NCBI GenBank assembly: GCA_001642005.1
Contig: LWCA01000047.1
Coordinates: 1 to 64,000 of the forward strand
Origin: Intoshia linei
Taxonomy: Eukaryota > Animalia > Orthonectida
Direction: 5' to 3'
Length of the DNA: 64,000 nt
The position numbers were made by a program, and so were the translations under genes. Positions 13,901 through 28,200 of the stretch are shown here, one piece after another. Every line of letters begins with the position of its first letter. Position 1 is the first letter of the stretch. The notes under the pieces were generated by a model that was not told the DNA's origin, searched no databases, and saw nothing but the letters and a program-made list of their open reading frames with translations.

Positions 13901-14992
13901 ACAAAATATACACTTTGATATAGATATTTAAAATCATGAGCATTATCATAAATTTCAATTTCAAAAATTAATCTATCTATTCAACCACATTCCAAACATC
14001 TTTTTCTAGTTAAAAAATACATTTCCGCCCTCATCAGAGCTATATGCCGTTTCTATGAAGTACAAAACAGACAAGTTAGTATACTATAAAAATTGTTAAC
14101 ACTTATACTTATACATTTCCGTTATAAAGTATGTATTTCATTATGACACATTCATATATACCAGCGATTTCCAAATGGCGAGTACTGGGGACCCTAAGTG
14201 GTACCAAAAATTATTTTGGGGTACCAGCTCGTCTGATACTATGATAGATATTATTATAGACTCATAAATTATAGATATTTATTAAATTCCCAAAAATAAT
14301 AGAATATAAAAATTAATTTGAAATAATATACTTAGTTCCTTATGTATTTACATCTATTTGATAGTCTCTGCGATTTTAAGGTTGCATATTAAATATATGT
14401 ACGTCAATATTTCGTCAGTTCAATTATTAAAGATTTTTCAGATATCAATTTTGGGTCAAGTAGAGTATTAACAATTTTAAATTTTTAAAACAATTTGTTT
14501 TTCAGTTTAGGCGTACCAACTGTGAAGTATGTTGGTAATTTATAAACGGTTCAGATGTAAATTTTATAGATTGAAACATACTATTTTTGAATCATAGTAA
14601 AAGATTGTGACGTAAATGTGAGTTTACAACATTTGTGCATATGCATTGTAGGATTCTTAATTTATATTTTAATTTTAGTATTTTAATATCAATAATACAT
14701 GATTTTTTAAATTCGACCATAAAAATCATAATCGAAATAGTGACTATTGTAATCATTACTATTAAAATGTATTACTTTGTGTAACATCATCTCTTTTAAA
14801 GAAATCATTACATTTTTTAATCCATTGAAATTGATTAGTATTATTTTGAATTTTGATTTGAAAATATTTAGAATGGTTATCCTGTTTTCCTTTTTTTTCA
14901 TCGTCAACATTATTTTCAATATTAAAATTTACATTTTCCGGAATAAGATCTTTTAAACATGGTTGACTGCTAATGTATCCGGATTCGTTCAT
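10967..14992 (-). CDS. Hox2: Hox2/proboscipedia-class homeodomain transcription factor, 4 exons
   Basis: Exon 1, 14992-14812: [13 protein letters not shown] (similar to the Hox2 N-terminal GFINSQPSL motif) and hexapeptide-like FQWIKK. Micro-exon 12103-12065. Exon 11692-11517: [49 protein letters not shown]. Exon 11245-10967: NRRMKQKRQ..stop. [19 protein letters not shown] and KRQ are Hox2/pb signatures. Intron phases 1, 1, 0 join in frame. Confidence 0.9.
12128..13476 (-). mobile_element. Helitron family H copy in Hox2 intron 1
   Basis: Same 3' hairpin end (ttgactgttatgtactacatacaaacag). The first ~330 bp are nearly identical to 17919-18245. The 5' end is degenerate (tataagtaaaaat). Confidence 0.7.
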
Positions 14993-16291
14993 TATATTTT
15001 TGTTATATTTAAATAATAAATTATATTATTTATACTTTGATTCAAATTTAAATGTAAAACATTTATCAAATAAAATTGTGAAAAAAATCATACAAGTGTA
15101 AATGAACCAGTTTTTTAAATTTAATAAATTTTAATATATAGGCGTATTATTAATATATACAAATTTTTTCTCAATAAATTTAATCACACCAATTGTTGCA
15201 TTTGTTTACAAAAATGGCTACAATTTTATAATTTAATTGACTAAAATGACACTCGTATGCAAATGGAATCAATTGTACTCAATTTAATACACTAGATTCC
15301 AATAAAAACGTTTTGGGTGTTGTAAAGTTATTTATGATTCATATAACTGACAATTTTATTATCATGTTTTGTTTTTATATAATTAATTTTAAATTAAATG
15401 TGTTTTAAAATTTGTTTAATTTTAGATTTAATTAAAATGCTCATTTGTATATGTGCAAATACTTATAATTTATAATTTTCATTGTAATAAATCCTTAAAT
15501 ATATAAATTTAATTAAAATTTATCAATTTTCAATAATAAATGTACCGTGTATGCAATACAACGAAACGTATAGTATAGTATGCAACGAAATAACGTTGAA
15601 TGTAACTAAATTAAACCAAAATTCTGTAACACTCCAAACTAATCCCATTATAATGATTATTCATCAAATAATTAATACTCGATTTTTTATAGATAATATA
15701 ATGCCGTATAGAATTAATGGTTCCCATCCATCTATACAAGTTTATCCCAAAGTTTTATTATTAATCAACTACAGTATAACCAAACATCTCTTAGAATGCC
15801 AAAAATATGAAAAATATAAAATACCCGCATAAATAATATGATAAATACCAATGAAATAATTAATTAATAAACATAATAATTGAATATGGACAGATTGTTG
15901 CACGAGGCAATATGTCAATATGTCAATATTCAAGTAAAAATGATTAATGATCTCTGAGATTTGACATCATATATCAAAATTAAACGTCAAATAAACAAAT
16001 ATTTACTGAAACGAGTTCATTGATCGAGTATATTAGCGTTTCTTTTAGTTTATTTGAATAAATGTTATTTTAATCCGATAAAAATGGCGTAGATTGAGAC
16101 AATTTTTAATTGTTTTTATTACTATACGTACTTCCGGATTTTAAATTAATTGGAGTTTAAAATTTTTATTTTATAATGATACAATTGTATACATTTTTAG
16201 GTGTACTATAACTTTTAAAAATTAATAATCCTCCAACAATGAGTTATTTTATTAATTTATTTAAGATTAATTTGCACCTATTCATCGTGAA

Positions 16292-19200
16292 ATGTATTTT
16301 TTTTCAATTATATTTTACCTGTTCAATATTAATATTAATGCTTATGGTTTGGTTTTTACTTTTTATCATACTTTCTTTTATTTTAAATTTCATTATTTAT
16401 AGTTTTCAATGTTGAAAAAACGAATCAAAACGAAATATTATTACCAAATAAATTTGATTTAAACGTGAAACTGAATTCCTCCACAATGATAAGATTATAT
16501 ATGACAAAATCTTTAATTGAACATTTTCCGATCGAATTTTATACTGGAAATGTTATCGAAAAACATTATTATATTGATAATTTAGTATTTTTTTGATTTA
16601 TTTAATTTTTTATTTTATGCATTTACAATTGCGGATAGATTCTGGTTTAATTTTAGTTCAATTCAGTTTAATTTCTGTTTTTGTCTGGGAATTTGAAATG
16701 TAAATTTTTAGTGTATGGTTTTCATAGGGCATTTCAAAACGGTAAAAATAACAAAAATATGTACATTTAGTAAATATCATTTACACTCATTATAAATAAA
16801 TATATCACATAATTTATTGGTTATTTGAAAATCATGATAAGGGAAACCTATTTAGGGATTATTTTTAAAATAAATTGAAAATGTTGCGTATATAAAGCAG
16901 TAACGGATCTAGGTGGTTGCTGGGGCGGCAGTTCCTCCTGGTGTGACAATTGTGTCCTAAACTACCTTAAAACCCTAACAGCATTTTAAGTTAAATTATC
17001 CGATTTAACAATTTTAACCATTGTAAGTGATGTTTTAATAGTATCATAATAGTTCGAAATATAAATAAATGATTTCCACAATCCGATGAAATATTAAAAT
17101 GTATTCCATACTTGTTACGGTTGAGATTATAAATCAACTTATTATTCTTGTTTGACTTGTTAAATTCATTTCCATTTTTTGCCTCGGGGTATTTTATTAT
17201 TTAATTATATTTGAATTGAACGTGTAACAAAATTAATACATATTAGTTGCAATCAAATTTTGAATATAATGCAGTGAGCGTGTACTGGCAAAATGTGATG
17301 ATTTTTGTTAAAAGGTACTATCGTTAAATCATCATAATGCACATATCAGAAGTTCTCAAAAACCGAGAAATGAGCATATGGCATGAGAATTTGATAAACT
17401 ATTATAAATTTGGATAATTTTAATTAATATTTATATTTGCGCCAGAACAATAGTTTAATTAGTTTCTGTATAGGTTAGCAAATGATAATAAGAAACTATC
17501 ATTAACCCTAACAAATCAATTCAATACAAAGGATAAGCAAAAAATCCATTTTAACTAAATACCAAGTAAAAATGTTAAATGGTCAAAAAGGTCTCCACGT
17601 CTGTATTAAAATAATTCGATTAATTTTTTCTCAGAATATTTGATACGCTGATATAACGATATAACAATTTGTTAGAACGACACTTTAAAAAATTAATTAA
17701 TTAATTTTTGCAAAATGGGTATTGATCAAAATATTATTCAGAATGCAAATAATACCAATATATATTATAGTTTTTATTATTAATAGATAAAATAGTAATT
17801 CAATTTAGGTACATGCTCATTATGTTGATAATAAATATGAAGCTGTAATTTCAGTTCGTTTGAACGAAAAAAATCCAAGCATTCGTTCTATTGTAAGTAT
17901 AATTATACTAATACTAAATTGACTGTTATGTACTACATACAAACAGTACCTAGCTCTGCCGAGGGCACATTTTTATTATACCAAAAAAATAAATTCACGT
18001 TGAAAATCTAACTTAAAAATCCATTATTAATTATTATCAATCCTTTCAACAAGTGGTTCCCAAATTTGTTTCAGGTGGAACCATCATATCACATCACTTT
18101 TTACTTTAAACTCAATTATTCCATCTTAATTTTTTGTCTGTTAACATTTGCGTGTAGAATTTTAAAAACAATTGTTATCCCATTTTTTTAATTTATTAGA
18201 CAGAATGTGTGTATAATATTAAAAATGAAGTAAAAACAGTCCAATCTTGAATTGCAATTTAAAAATTGTCATAAATAGCATAAATTCCAGAAACAATAAA
18301 ATTATAAAAACCTATTTTGTCATTTTCAATGTGATGAATTACTGATGATATATATTAGTACCAATTTAATAAATACTTAAAAATACCAATTATGTATCAA
18401 TAATTAATCGAATTTTCAATTTATAAACATTTCAGTCGAATTTTACCAATATTGGAAAGGATTGTAATAAATATGAAAATGATATTAACAAAGTTGTTTT
18501 AGTTTCGTTGTTTAGTTTCTATTTATATTTGTATTCAAAATAATTTGAAATTAAAAAATTGCGTAGCAATGAATTATATAGATTTTCACCCAGTTTGCTT
18601 TATTGGAAATGTGTAAACGTTCACTGCACATTTTTTTTGATTTTCGGACCGTTAATTATTTTCATTTTTTGTTTTAATAAAATATTTTGAAAAAAATATA
18701 TGAATACTAAAATGCTTTTTTGACCGTGAAGTCGTCATTTATTCGGATTGAAATTTTCTGTGTGTGTTAACAGGATATAACTGTACAATCTGTAAATTTT
18801 TTGAAATTCTAGGGCTGTTTTCATTAAAAAAAGAAGGGTAATTGGGGGTTTTGGCTTTGTGAAGATATTTTTTTAAATTTTCCAACTCGTTTGATTTTGA
18901 TTTAATGATAGTTATCGGCAACATATTTTATATATTCAAACTTGAAGTAGTTCCTCATATAAAATTAATATAATATAATAAAGTTATATATAATTATATA
19001 AGTTAGGATAATATACATTGTGTTTAAAAATGTAATTTAATGATTAGAGTAGTGTTTTATAACCTCTTTTATTATAGGACCCAAATTTCACTCTTAAATA
19101 AATACCAGGTTCCACCTAAAAAAATAATCTAACTGTCAATTTTTTTTTTGGGGGTGATGTAACAGTTCCATCAACTATGAATTTTATTAATTCGCTGACC

Positions 19201-22200
19201 ATTTTTTATTAAAAATTATTATTTTTTAATAAATTATGTATCAAAAACTTTTATTTTTGAAACTCGAGCTAATTATAATATTTATTATATAGAATTAATG
19301 ATATCACTGAACCTGAATTATTATACATTTTTGTAATATTAGGTATGCCACATTAGAATCCTTTACTTACATAAAAATTAGTGTCTGTGTTATCGTTTAA
19401 TTAAAAAATGAAAAGTTATAGAAAGTCCTAAATAAATACCTATTTCTAATACATGTTATCGAAAATCCTGTTTTATCGGAAATTTTATTTTTATTAATTG
19501 AGTCTTTCAGGATCAAAAAAACAAATTACCTTTTTTTAGTAAATAATAAAATCTGTCCTAAAATTTTAAAAACATAAATTCTGGGAGCGTCTTAATAAAA
19601 TTATTATTGTCGTAAATCTCAACCTCAGAAACTAAAATCTTCATGATTAAACTGACAAATACCCTTTTTATAAATAAAAAAAATCTCAGCATTTCATAAA
19701 ACATACATTCTGGATATTTTTTTAAATCAATTAAAAAATCGGCCCTCGACATATCTAGCTGCTGTTTGTACGAAGTACATAACAGTCAAGTTGCTTTGAT
19801 ATTTGAAAGTTTTCATAATTCCAATAAATTTGTGAAATTTACCAAATCTACACTGTACATTAGGGGTGTTGCAAAATTTTATAAATTAGGTCCAAATACT
19901 GATAAAGTTGCGTGTTAGTTTTATGATAATTGTGAAAAGAAGAAAAATTTTTGAAAATTTTTAGTGAAAGAGCTTGCCATTTTAGAATTTTCATACAAAA
20001 ATGTTCTACAAAAACTAAAATATAACTTTATTTACTGGAATGTTACAATGAGATACTGTAGTTATGTTTTGAGTCGTCTTCTGTTGTTCGTCATGTTTGG
20101 TTGTTCATTTTACACCGATAAATTTAATTCTACCTCGTTTACTTATTATTTTATAGATGTTTAAAGTTCTTATAATTTTATAAAAATTATCATTTTTCAT
20201 TGATAAAAATTTTGACTAAAACAAAAATAAATGAGGTAGAATGGAATTTAAAGATGCAAAGTGAATAACCAAACATGACGAACAACACAAGATCACTTAA
20301 AACATAACTACAGGATCTCATTGTAACATTCCAGTAAATAAAGTTATATTTTAGTTTTTGTAGAACATTTTTGTATGAAATTTTTAAAATGGCAAGCTCT
20401 TCCACTAAAAATCTTTAAAAATTTCTTTTTTTCTCGATTATCATAAAACTACCACACGCAACTTTATCAGTATTTGGACCATGAAATTTCAAATAAAAGT
20501 ATAAAAAATCACACCCCTACGGTACATCGAATAATTTTTGTAAACATCGACCTATAATGTTTATATTTGTATAGATTTTATACATTAAAATTACTACAAA
20601 CTCTAATAAACACAGTAAGCTCTAATAATTATTCAATTATTTGATTATTATTCATATTAATATTAACATTTTATTTCAAAGGACGGCTCTATAGTTTACG
20701 ATGGAAATTTATACCAGATTAATCCAAAAATGATTAGTGACAATGAAGATGACATGCACTATTTCAAAAGAAGATCAATCTATGAAAGTATTGATGATTT
20801 GAATCTTCATGAAATTCAAAAAGTGGACACAACTAAACGTAACATATATAGCTATATGTAATATATGTAACTATATATAACACAGGACAACATTATTATA
20901 GTTTTAAAAAAATTTCTGTTAGATTTTATTTTTAAATGATATACCGAATTGCAAAATGTATATTAGGGTATCACATCAAATATTTTTTTTAAGAAATTCA
21001 AAAACATACCCAGTAGATTATTTGTAATTTAATAAAAAAATGAAAATCCGATGACTAATTCTGAAAAATACTCATTAATGACTCAGCGTTAATCAATTAA
21101 GTAATTAACAAAAAACAGCTACATTTAAGTTTATTTTCATGTTTTTCTTAATTTTTTTTTACAAAAACCTAAATTCATGCTTCGTTTGTGTTGAAAAATT
21201 AATAATGTTTGTATATTTTAATAAATAATGTTAAGCTGCGTCATGCACCATTGACGTAATTCTATAATATGAAAAAAATTTTTTCAAATTATAGCTATAT
21301 TTATCTTTTTGTTTTGGTTTTGTGGTGGGTTAAATGTAGAAATTTGTCTACCATTTGAAAAATTTTATAAATACTCAACGCAATATATCAACAAAATAAA
21401 AGATTTTATAAATTTTAACCCAAAATATATTATAAACGGGAATGTAATTAATCCAAGCATTTATATGAAAATGTATTAAAAATCATCACTGTATTTTGAA
21501 TTTCTTCTTCTTTTGTGTACAAATTTAATGAATGTTTATATTTTTGTAAGGCTCTTTCGGCTGAATCGGTTAAAATTTTATACTTCATTGGTTAATTCTT
21601 TATTTTTGTAATATCTGACAAAATCTATTCTCATAATATTTAGTTTATCAGAAGTGCCAAATGTATTTTTAAAAACATTTCCTATGATAATTTTCATAAT
21701 ATTCTATTATTTCTTGATCAAAATGACGTTTAATAAATTTGATAAATCCATAATGATAATGCCACATAATGGTGCAACCGTAAATAAAATCGAAAATGGT
21801 ATATTGTCAAAACTAAACTTACATACAAATTTATAATTTATCTCGTATAATCTATTAATATAATGAAATTTACAATGGAGTAGGCGACAATTTATGCAGA
21901 TTAATAAATAATATTAATACGCAATAATGTTTTGCACTAAGTTACACATAATTTTACTTAAAAATATAAACGAGAATTAAATTTGTCCACAATATAATAC
22001 GAAATTAAAAATAGTCACCATTTTAAATAAATTTTAACAAAATACTTTGAATAATTACATAATCGTTTAGAATAATATAATTTAGATAAAAATTTATAAA
22101 ATCATTTATTTTATTGGTGTATTGAAGATACATAACATTTTTGTTGTATTATGACTATCTTAAGGTCTCCTAACATTAGATTAACATTTTCAAAAAGTTA

Positions 22201-25200
22201 GAAAAAAAGTCTACATTTATTTATCTCACAAACATTGTTTAAACCCCAAAACATGATAATTATAATTATAAAAAAAATATTTTCTTTATTATAAAATAAA
22301 GTATATTGGAAATAATGCAGCTGAACGCGTTTAATTAAAATATACAAAAATTTTTATAATTTTTCTCCACAAAAAAAGCAGGAATTTCACTTTATGTAAA
22401 AAAAATTTAGAAAAACATGAAAATAAACTTAAATTTAAATATTTTTTGTTAATTACTCAATTGATTAACGCTGAGTCATTAATGAGTATTTTTCAGAATT
22501 AGTCATTGGATTGTCTTCTTTTTTTTTTAAATTACATCTAATCTACTGGGTATGTTTTTCAATATATACGCGATCTATTTTTCGCATATTAATATCACTT
22601 AATATATGTAATTTTTGTAATCTAAATATGACTAGATGTATCTTATATGATTAGTTTTAGGGTGTGCTATGATTCTATTGATAACTGAAAATTATATACA
22701 TTTTCATTACATTTTAAGAATTTAAATAAAATTTTTAATTTTAGTTGGCATTGAAGACAAGTATCAGCATAATAGAAGTGTTAAAAATGATGATGTATTG
22801 TACATGATGAAAAAGGCAAAGAGGAAACTGACTACTGAGGAAGAAATGATGTTTAATAAATATTTGGTTGAAATAGTTTTCCTAATTGACCATTCTATAT
22901 GGGATGAGTAATTTATTATTTTAAATACTTTTTTAAAATGTATATGAGCCATTCTCTAATATATAAAATGTAAATATTTTAATTTAAGTGACCTACAAGA
23001 AATAACATCCAAGACTCATACTCATAGATAGATTTAAAATGCGCGTATCATAGGGTGCAGCATATTTATTTGCATTATTTTACATATAAGTAAATACTAA
23101 AACGTACATTTACAATTAAAAACCGTTAAGGCGTTACGCGCAAAAAATATGATAATATTTAAAAATCTGTTTTTTGATGATTCTTGTGAATATTTAATTA
23201 ATTGAGGTAATTGTAATAGATTGAATAGTGAGATAAGAACGTAGTTAACAGATAATTATTCTAAAATTCAAAAAAATTTATTCTTGTAATTAGACTATAA
23301 ATTCGGTTCAAAATACACATAAAATGTTACGGCGTTACGAATTGAACTTATTATTTACTTTATACATTTATGGTATTAATAAATTGTAAATTATCACCAC
23401 AAAACGGTGTTTCACCTCTATATTCTGATAAATGAAAACTTTAATTAAAATTAATATATGTATAATTATGTAATTATAATTAACACAAATAATTATATAT
23501 TTTAATAATTAACTTATGTTTTTAAATTCTAACCGTATTATTTTTATGCATATTCGATGGAGTTTAATTTTCTGAACATTACCAAGTGCTGTTTTGACTT
23601 TTTTAGTCAACATTGGCGTATTTATGATGCATTCCTTTTGAGAATGTTTTTTAAAATATAGTATATTCTATTTTTTTATGTCATCATTTCTTAATAGAGC
23701 CTTAATATTAAATTTTCTATAATAATTTTGTAATACCCTGAAAATATACGAAGCAAACTAAAAAAAAACATAAAACGAAATATGGTAGCATATAATTTAA
23801 ATTTATCGTTTTTTTAATTTATGAAGGATATAGGCTCATTTAATGTGTATACTGTACAAATGTAAACATTGAACCATTACGGTGCATCCTATAAATATGT
23901 ATCTAATTCCATTCAATCTAAAATTATACATATAAATATGAGTTTGTTATTTTTTACTCATTTCATGTCGGCAGCGAAAGACATTGAAACAAGAAAAAAC
24001 ACTTTATTCAATGAAAGATATTTATGGCAAACTAATATATGCTATAAGACATGTATAATAAATATTACTTTAGATTTATGAAATTTGGTAGTACAGCATT
24101 GAGTGAATTGAATTATTATTTCCAGCACATACTAAACGGGGTAATTTATAAAATTTTACTAAAGTGCCAAAAACTATTTACTCATAAAAAAAATGTATAT
24201 TATTGGAAACATAAAGCGTGAATCGTAAAAAAAACTATGATAAACTGTGATTTCATCACATATCTACAATACTTTTATTGTTACGTTGAATCTTTGATTT
24301 TTTCTGTATGTAAAATGGGTTAATTTTAATTGAAAATAAATTATAATATTTTCTACTGACCATGAAATGAAAATGATAATAATGATAATGAAATACGCTC
24401 AGTAATGAACGGTATCAGTGGCACTCCAGTTGTACCACACAATTTGAAGTAAACTGTATTTGAAGTACATGTAATGATATACATTAATTTCGTTAATTTT
24501 TAGATGAAATCGGCATACAGCTCAATAAAAATGGAAGAATGGAATTTTGAAATACGATTAGCATTAAGCAAAGTGATTATAGTAAAAGTAATTTTAAAAA
24601 TGCATTTAATATAATTAACACTTTCAATTTGAATGTAAAATGTGTGCTATTTTGTGATTATAATTGTATTATTATATTTAGGATGTGGATGATGCATTTT
24701 GGATTAAAAATAATTACAAAAAGCCAATTTTTAGTTATCAGAGAAATTTGACACCGGAAAATATTAAAATAAATGGATACAATTTACTTACTAATCTTGG
24801 ACAAATGAGAATCGATAATACATACAATATTACTCAGTACGATCATTTGGTAAATTTGAAAAATACAATATACTTAATCAGATTTGTTAATTACATAAAT
24901 GTAGTCTTTTTTTAGTATATTTTTGCATGGAATGCGAAGAATTAACTTTATGGTTTGATAGAAACCGTTCCACTCCCAAACACCCCTCAAAATTCATCAA
25001 CAATATTATTGATTCAAACATAGTCCTTTTCTCCTTATCTTTAAGTTTTTTTTTGTATTTTTAATTCAATTACGGTAGAAGGAAGCCAATGATTTAAAAG
25101 TTTAAATATCACGATTTTTAAATTTCTTGGTTGTATAGTTAATGAAATATAGTTGTCTAAAACAGGGGTACCCAAATTTACAAAAATAAATCTAGATAAT

Positions 25201-28200
25201 TGTGTGTGATAGGAAACAAATTATACCATTTTCATCAGCGTATTGAAATTTTAACTGTACACAGGAATGTGTAACGGACCTATAATCAGTAAAAATACAG
25301 AAAATTTCATATATAATATATATTATACAAATATTCATATTGATTATATTTCAATTTTAGATGTATTGGACCAGGTATAACGTTGAAGATGACGATGTTG
25401 TCGGTAATATCCTTACTTATATAAAGTAATTTAGTTAAAAGTGTATGCCTCTATTTATTTATTTACATCTATATTACTATTTATGTTAATAAATGTGATA
25501 TTTTGAGAAATGTGACATATAATAATAAGAAATACATTTGAGATGATTCTATGTGTTTTTTTAGGATTAGCCTCCGTGGACGGAATTTGTAATTTAGAAA
25601 AATCGGTATCTTTATGTCAAGATTTGGGTTTAAATTCTTGGATAACTGCTGCACATGAATTGGGACACAGGTTTTTTTAATTTATTTTTAATTTCTTTTT
25701 AATTTGAAATTAATAAAATTAGCCTTGGAGCTGTGCACGATGGATCTAAAGAATCAATTTTATGTTCGGATGATGACAGTTTTATTTTAAATTCTGGAAA
25801 CAATAATGAAGTATTAAACCCAAGCAATTTGTTTAGATTCTCTCATTGTTCCATTATGCAGTTTCGATCTACTCTATCTGGAGAAAAGGATGGGTATATT
25901 ATTATAGTTTAATTCGGGTTAAATGTGAAAAATACTGGATTAACGGATTAAAAATTTCCCTTAATGTAAAAATTCCGTTATTTTTAATGTAATTATAACA
26001 TTTATCCAAAACTTTGGTTTAATTTTTGTTTAGTTTTCCCCGGGTTTGTTTATTGGACGATAACTGCACGGGAAAATCACAATTCAATGAAAATTCGATT
26101 TTACCTGGAGCTAGATATACATTGGATGAACAATGCCAGCAACATAAACGAGATAGTACTTCTGCATTTTGCGTATAACTTTTCACTTTTTTAATAAACA
26201 TATTATTTCTTAATAGGGAGTGTATACGGGAATCTGTGGAACAATATATTGCAAAGAAAGTTCATTTAAATGTACAATGCATAGCCCCTCTTATCAAGGA
26301 ACTAAATGCACAAAAAACAATGTAATTTTATTAACTTTTAATTTTTCAGATTTTCTTCAGTGGAATGTCTCACCCCCAAAAAAAGCAGCTGATGCAAATG
26401 ATGATTTAATTCAGGGCTCGGCAACCTTTTTCATCTTATGGGCGACTTTTTTATATAAAAAAATTATATGGGCTCGTTGTGGAAAATTTACACATGATAA
26501 ATTTCAATTTTAACTGAACAGAAACGGTTCTAGTATATTGAAAAAAATAAAATCCAGAGCGAACTTAAAATTCAATATTAAAATGATTATAATGAGCCAA
26601 TTATATTAAAAAATGTTTAAAAGTTGAAAAATTTAAAAATAAATAAGTTACGTATTTACTTATAGGGCCACCAAAATTATTCTGTGGGCCACTTTTGGTT
26701 AGCAGGTCAGTTACCGATCCCTGCTTTAATTTCTCTAAAATAATAAATATAACCGTTTTTTATTTGATGTTCACCAGTATAACGTTTATTTTTAGAAGAT
26801 GTGGTGTATAGATGGAGAATGTATACCTAAAAATTTGACAAGTTATTATGGTATATAAATTTTATTATTAACCCAATTATTTAGATTATAAATTAATTTA
26901 TAATGACCGTCTACTTAAATCCAATTATTTTTACAAAAACTTAAAATTTCAAAAACCTTTAAGGAAAAAATCGATTTTTAATAATCCTAAAAGTAAAATT
27001 CCATTTTACCGAATTATAGAGTATCTCAAATATAACAAAGTAAAGTTTTTAAATAGAATGATTATCGATTAACAGATGTCATTTACCGCTTTATTACTTA
27101 CTAAAACTGATGACGAGAAAAATAAAACTTGTCAAAACAAAAGTAAAAAAAGATTATTAATTAGGATGATAATTTATTTATGTCTCTCCGTAAAATATTT
27201 GATATTTTCTTTATTAGAGGTTTTTAGTAGTCTTCTCGCTTTTTAAGTATTTTAATCAATGACATCGAAACTTTTTTTCATAAAGGACATGGAAGACTTG
27301 GTAGCACTTTTTTTCTTAGAAAAATTTTTGCAGCTGCACTTAATCGACTTATTATTATTGATTATTATCAATAATTGGAATAGAAATTGTTGCAAAAATT
27401 TTAGAATTTATTTTAAACCATTTTTGTTTTTAATTACAGTACAATATCGTATTTCCTCTTGTTCACAATTTAAATTTGAAGAATCAGAGTCTGTTTTTGA
27501 TTTATTGATTTTAAAGCAATAAAGAATAGTATTTTTTACTTTTATTAACATTTATTATGTAAATATTATACATAAATAGCATAATAAATAAATTTAGTAG
27601 TTTTAATTTTCTATAATATACACTGTACATTATGCAGTTATGGATTTTTATCTTAAGGTTTGATTAAAACATATTTTTTATTTTAGGTCTGGGAAAACTG
27701 GATTGTAATTTTTATTGTTATACAAACTGGATTATCCCCTCAAAGGTTGGCAAATTTTAATTTTTAGTAAAAATGGTTGGATTTAAGAATATTTTCATTT
27801 ATAATCTACAAAATTGTCAAATTTTGTATTTTTAAATTTAATAAATCTCTAAAAAATGGAATATCATAACTTACGAATCATAAGATTTAATCTTTAATTT
27901 ATATTTTAGAAAATAGAAACATAAATACTCCAAAAATTAAATGCATTACTCGTAAAATTTCCTTGACTGTAAATGAAAAAAATTGTAAAAATAAACCAGA
28001 TTATCGTTTTATGACATACAGAAGAAGTAGTACCTTCCAATATTTTACATGTGAAGACATTCCTGTTTATTTTCCAGCACTATGCTACGAAGAAAATGAA
28101 TTTGGCGTAAATTGCTGTGAATCTTGCATGAAATCTGGATTAGTTTGGCCAAAAGACATTAAATGTATTTTTTTACTTTAAATTAAATCTTGATTATTGG

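Noticed and set aside
15551-15832. 93-aa ORF between Hox2 and the protease
   Set aside because: No recognisable motif or splice support. Its composition is typical of chance ORFs in AT-rich DNA.
19964-20405. Pair of similar convergent ORFs (66 and 71 aa)
   Set aside because: They are mirror images produced by the foldback arms, with no support for coding.
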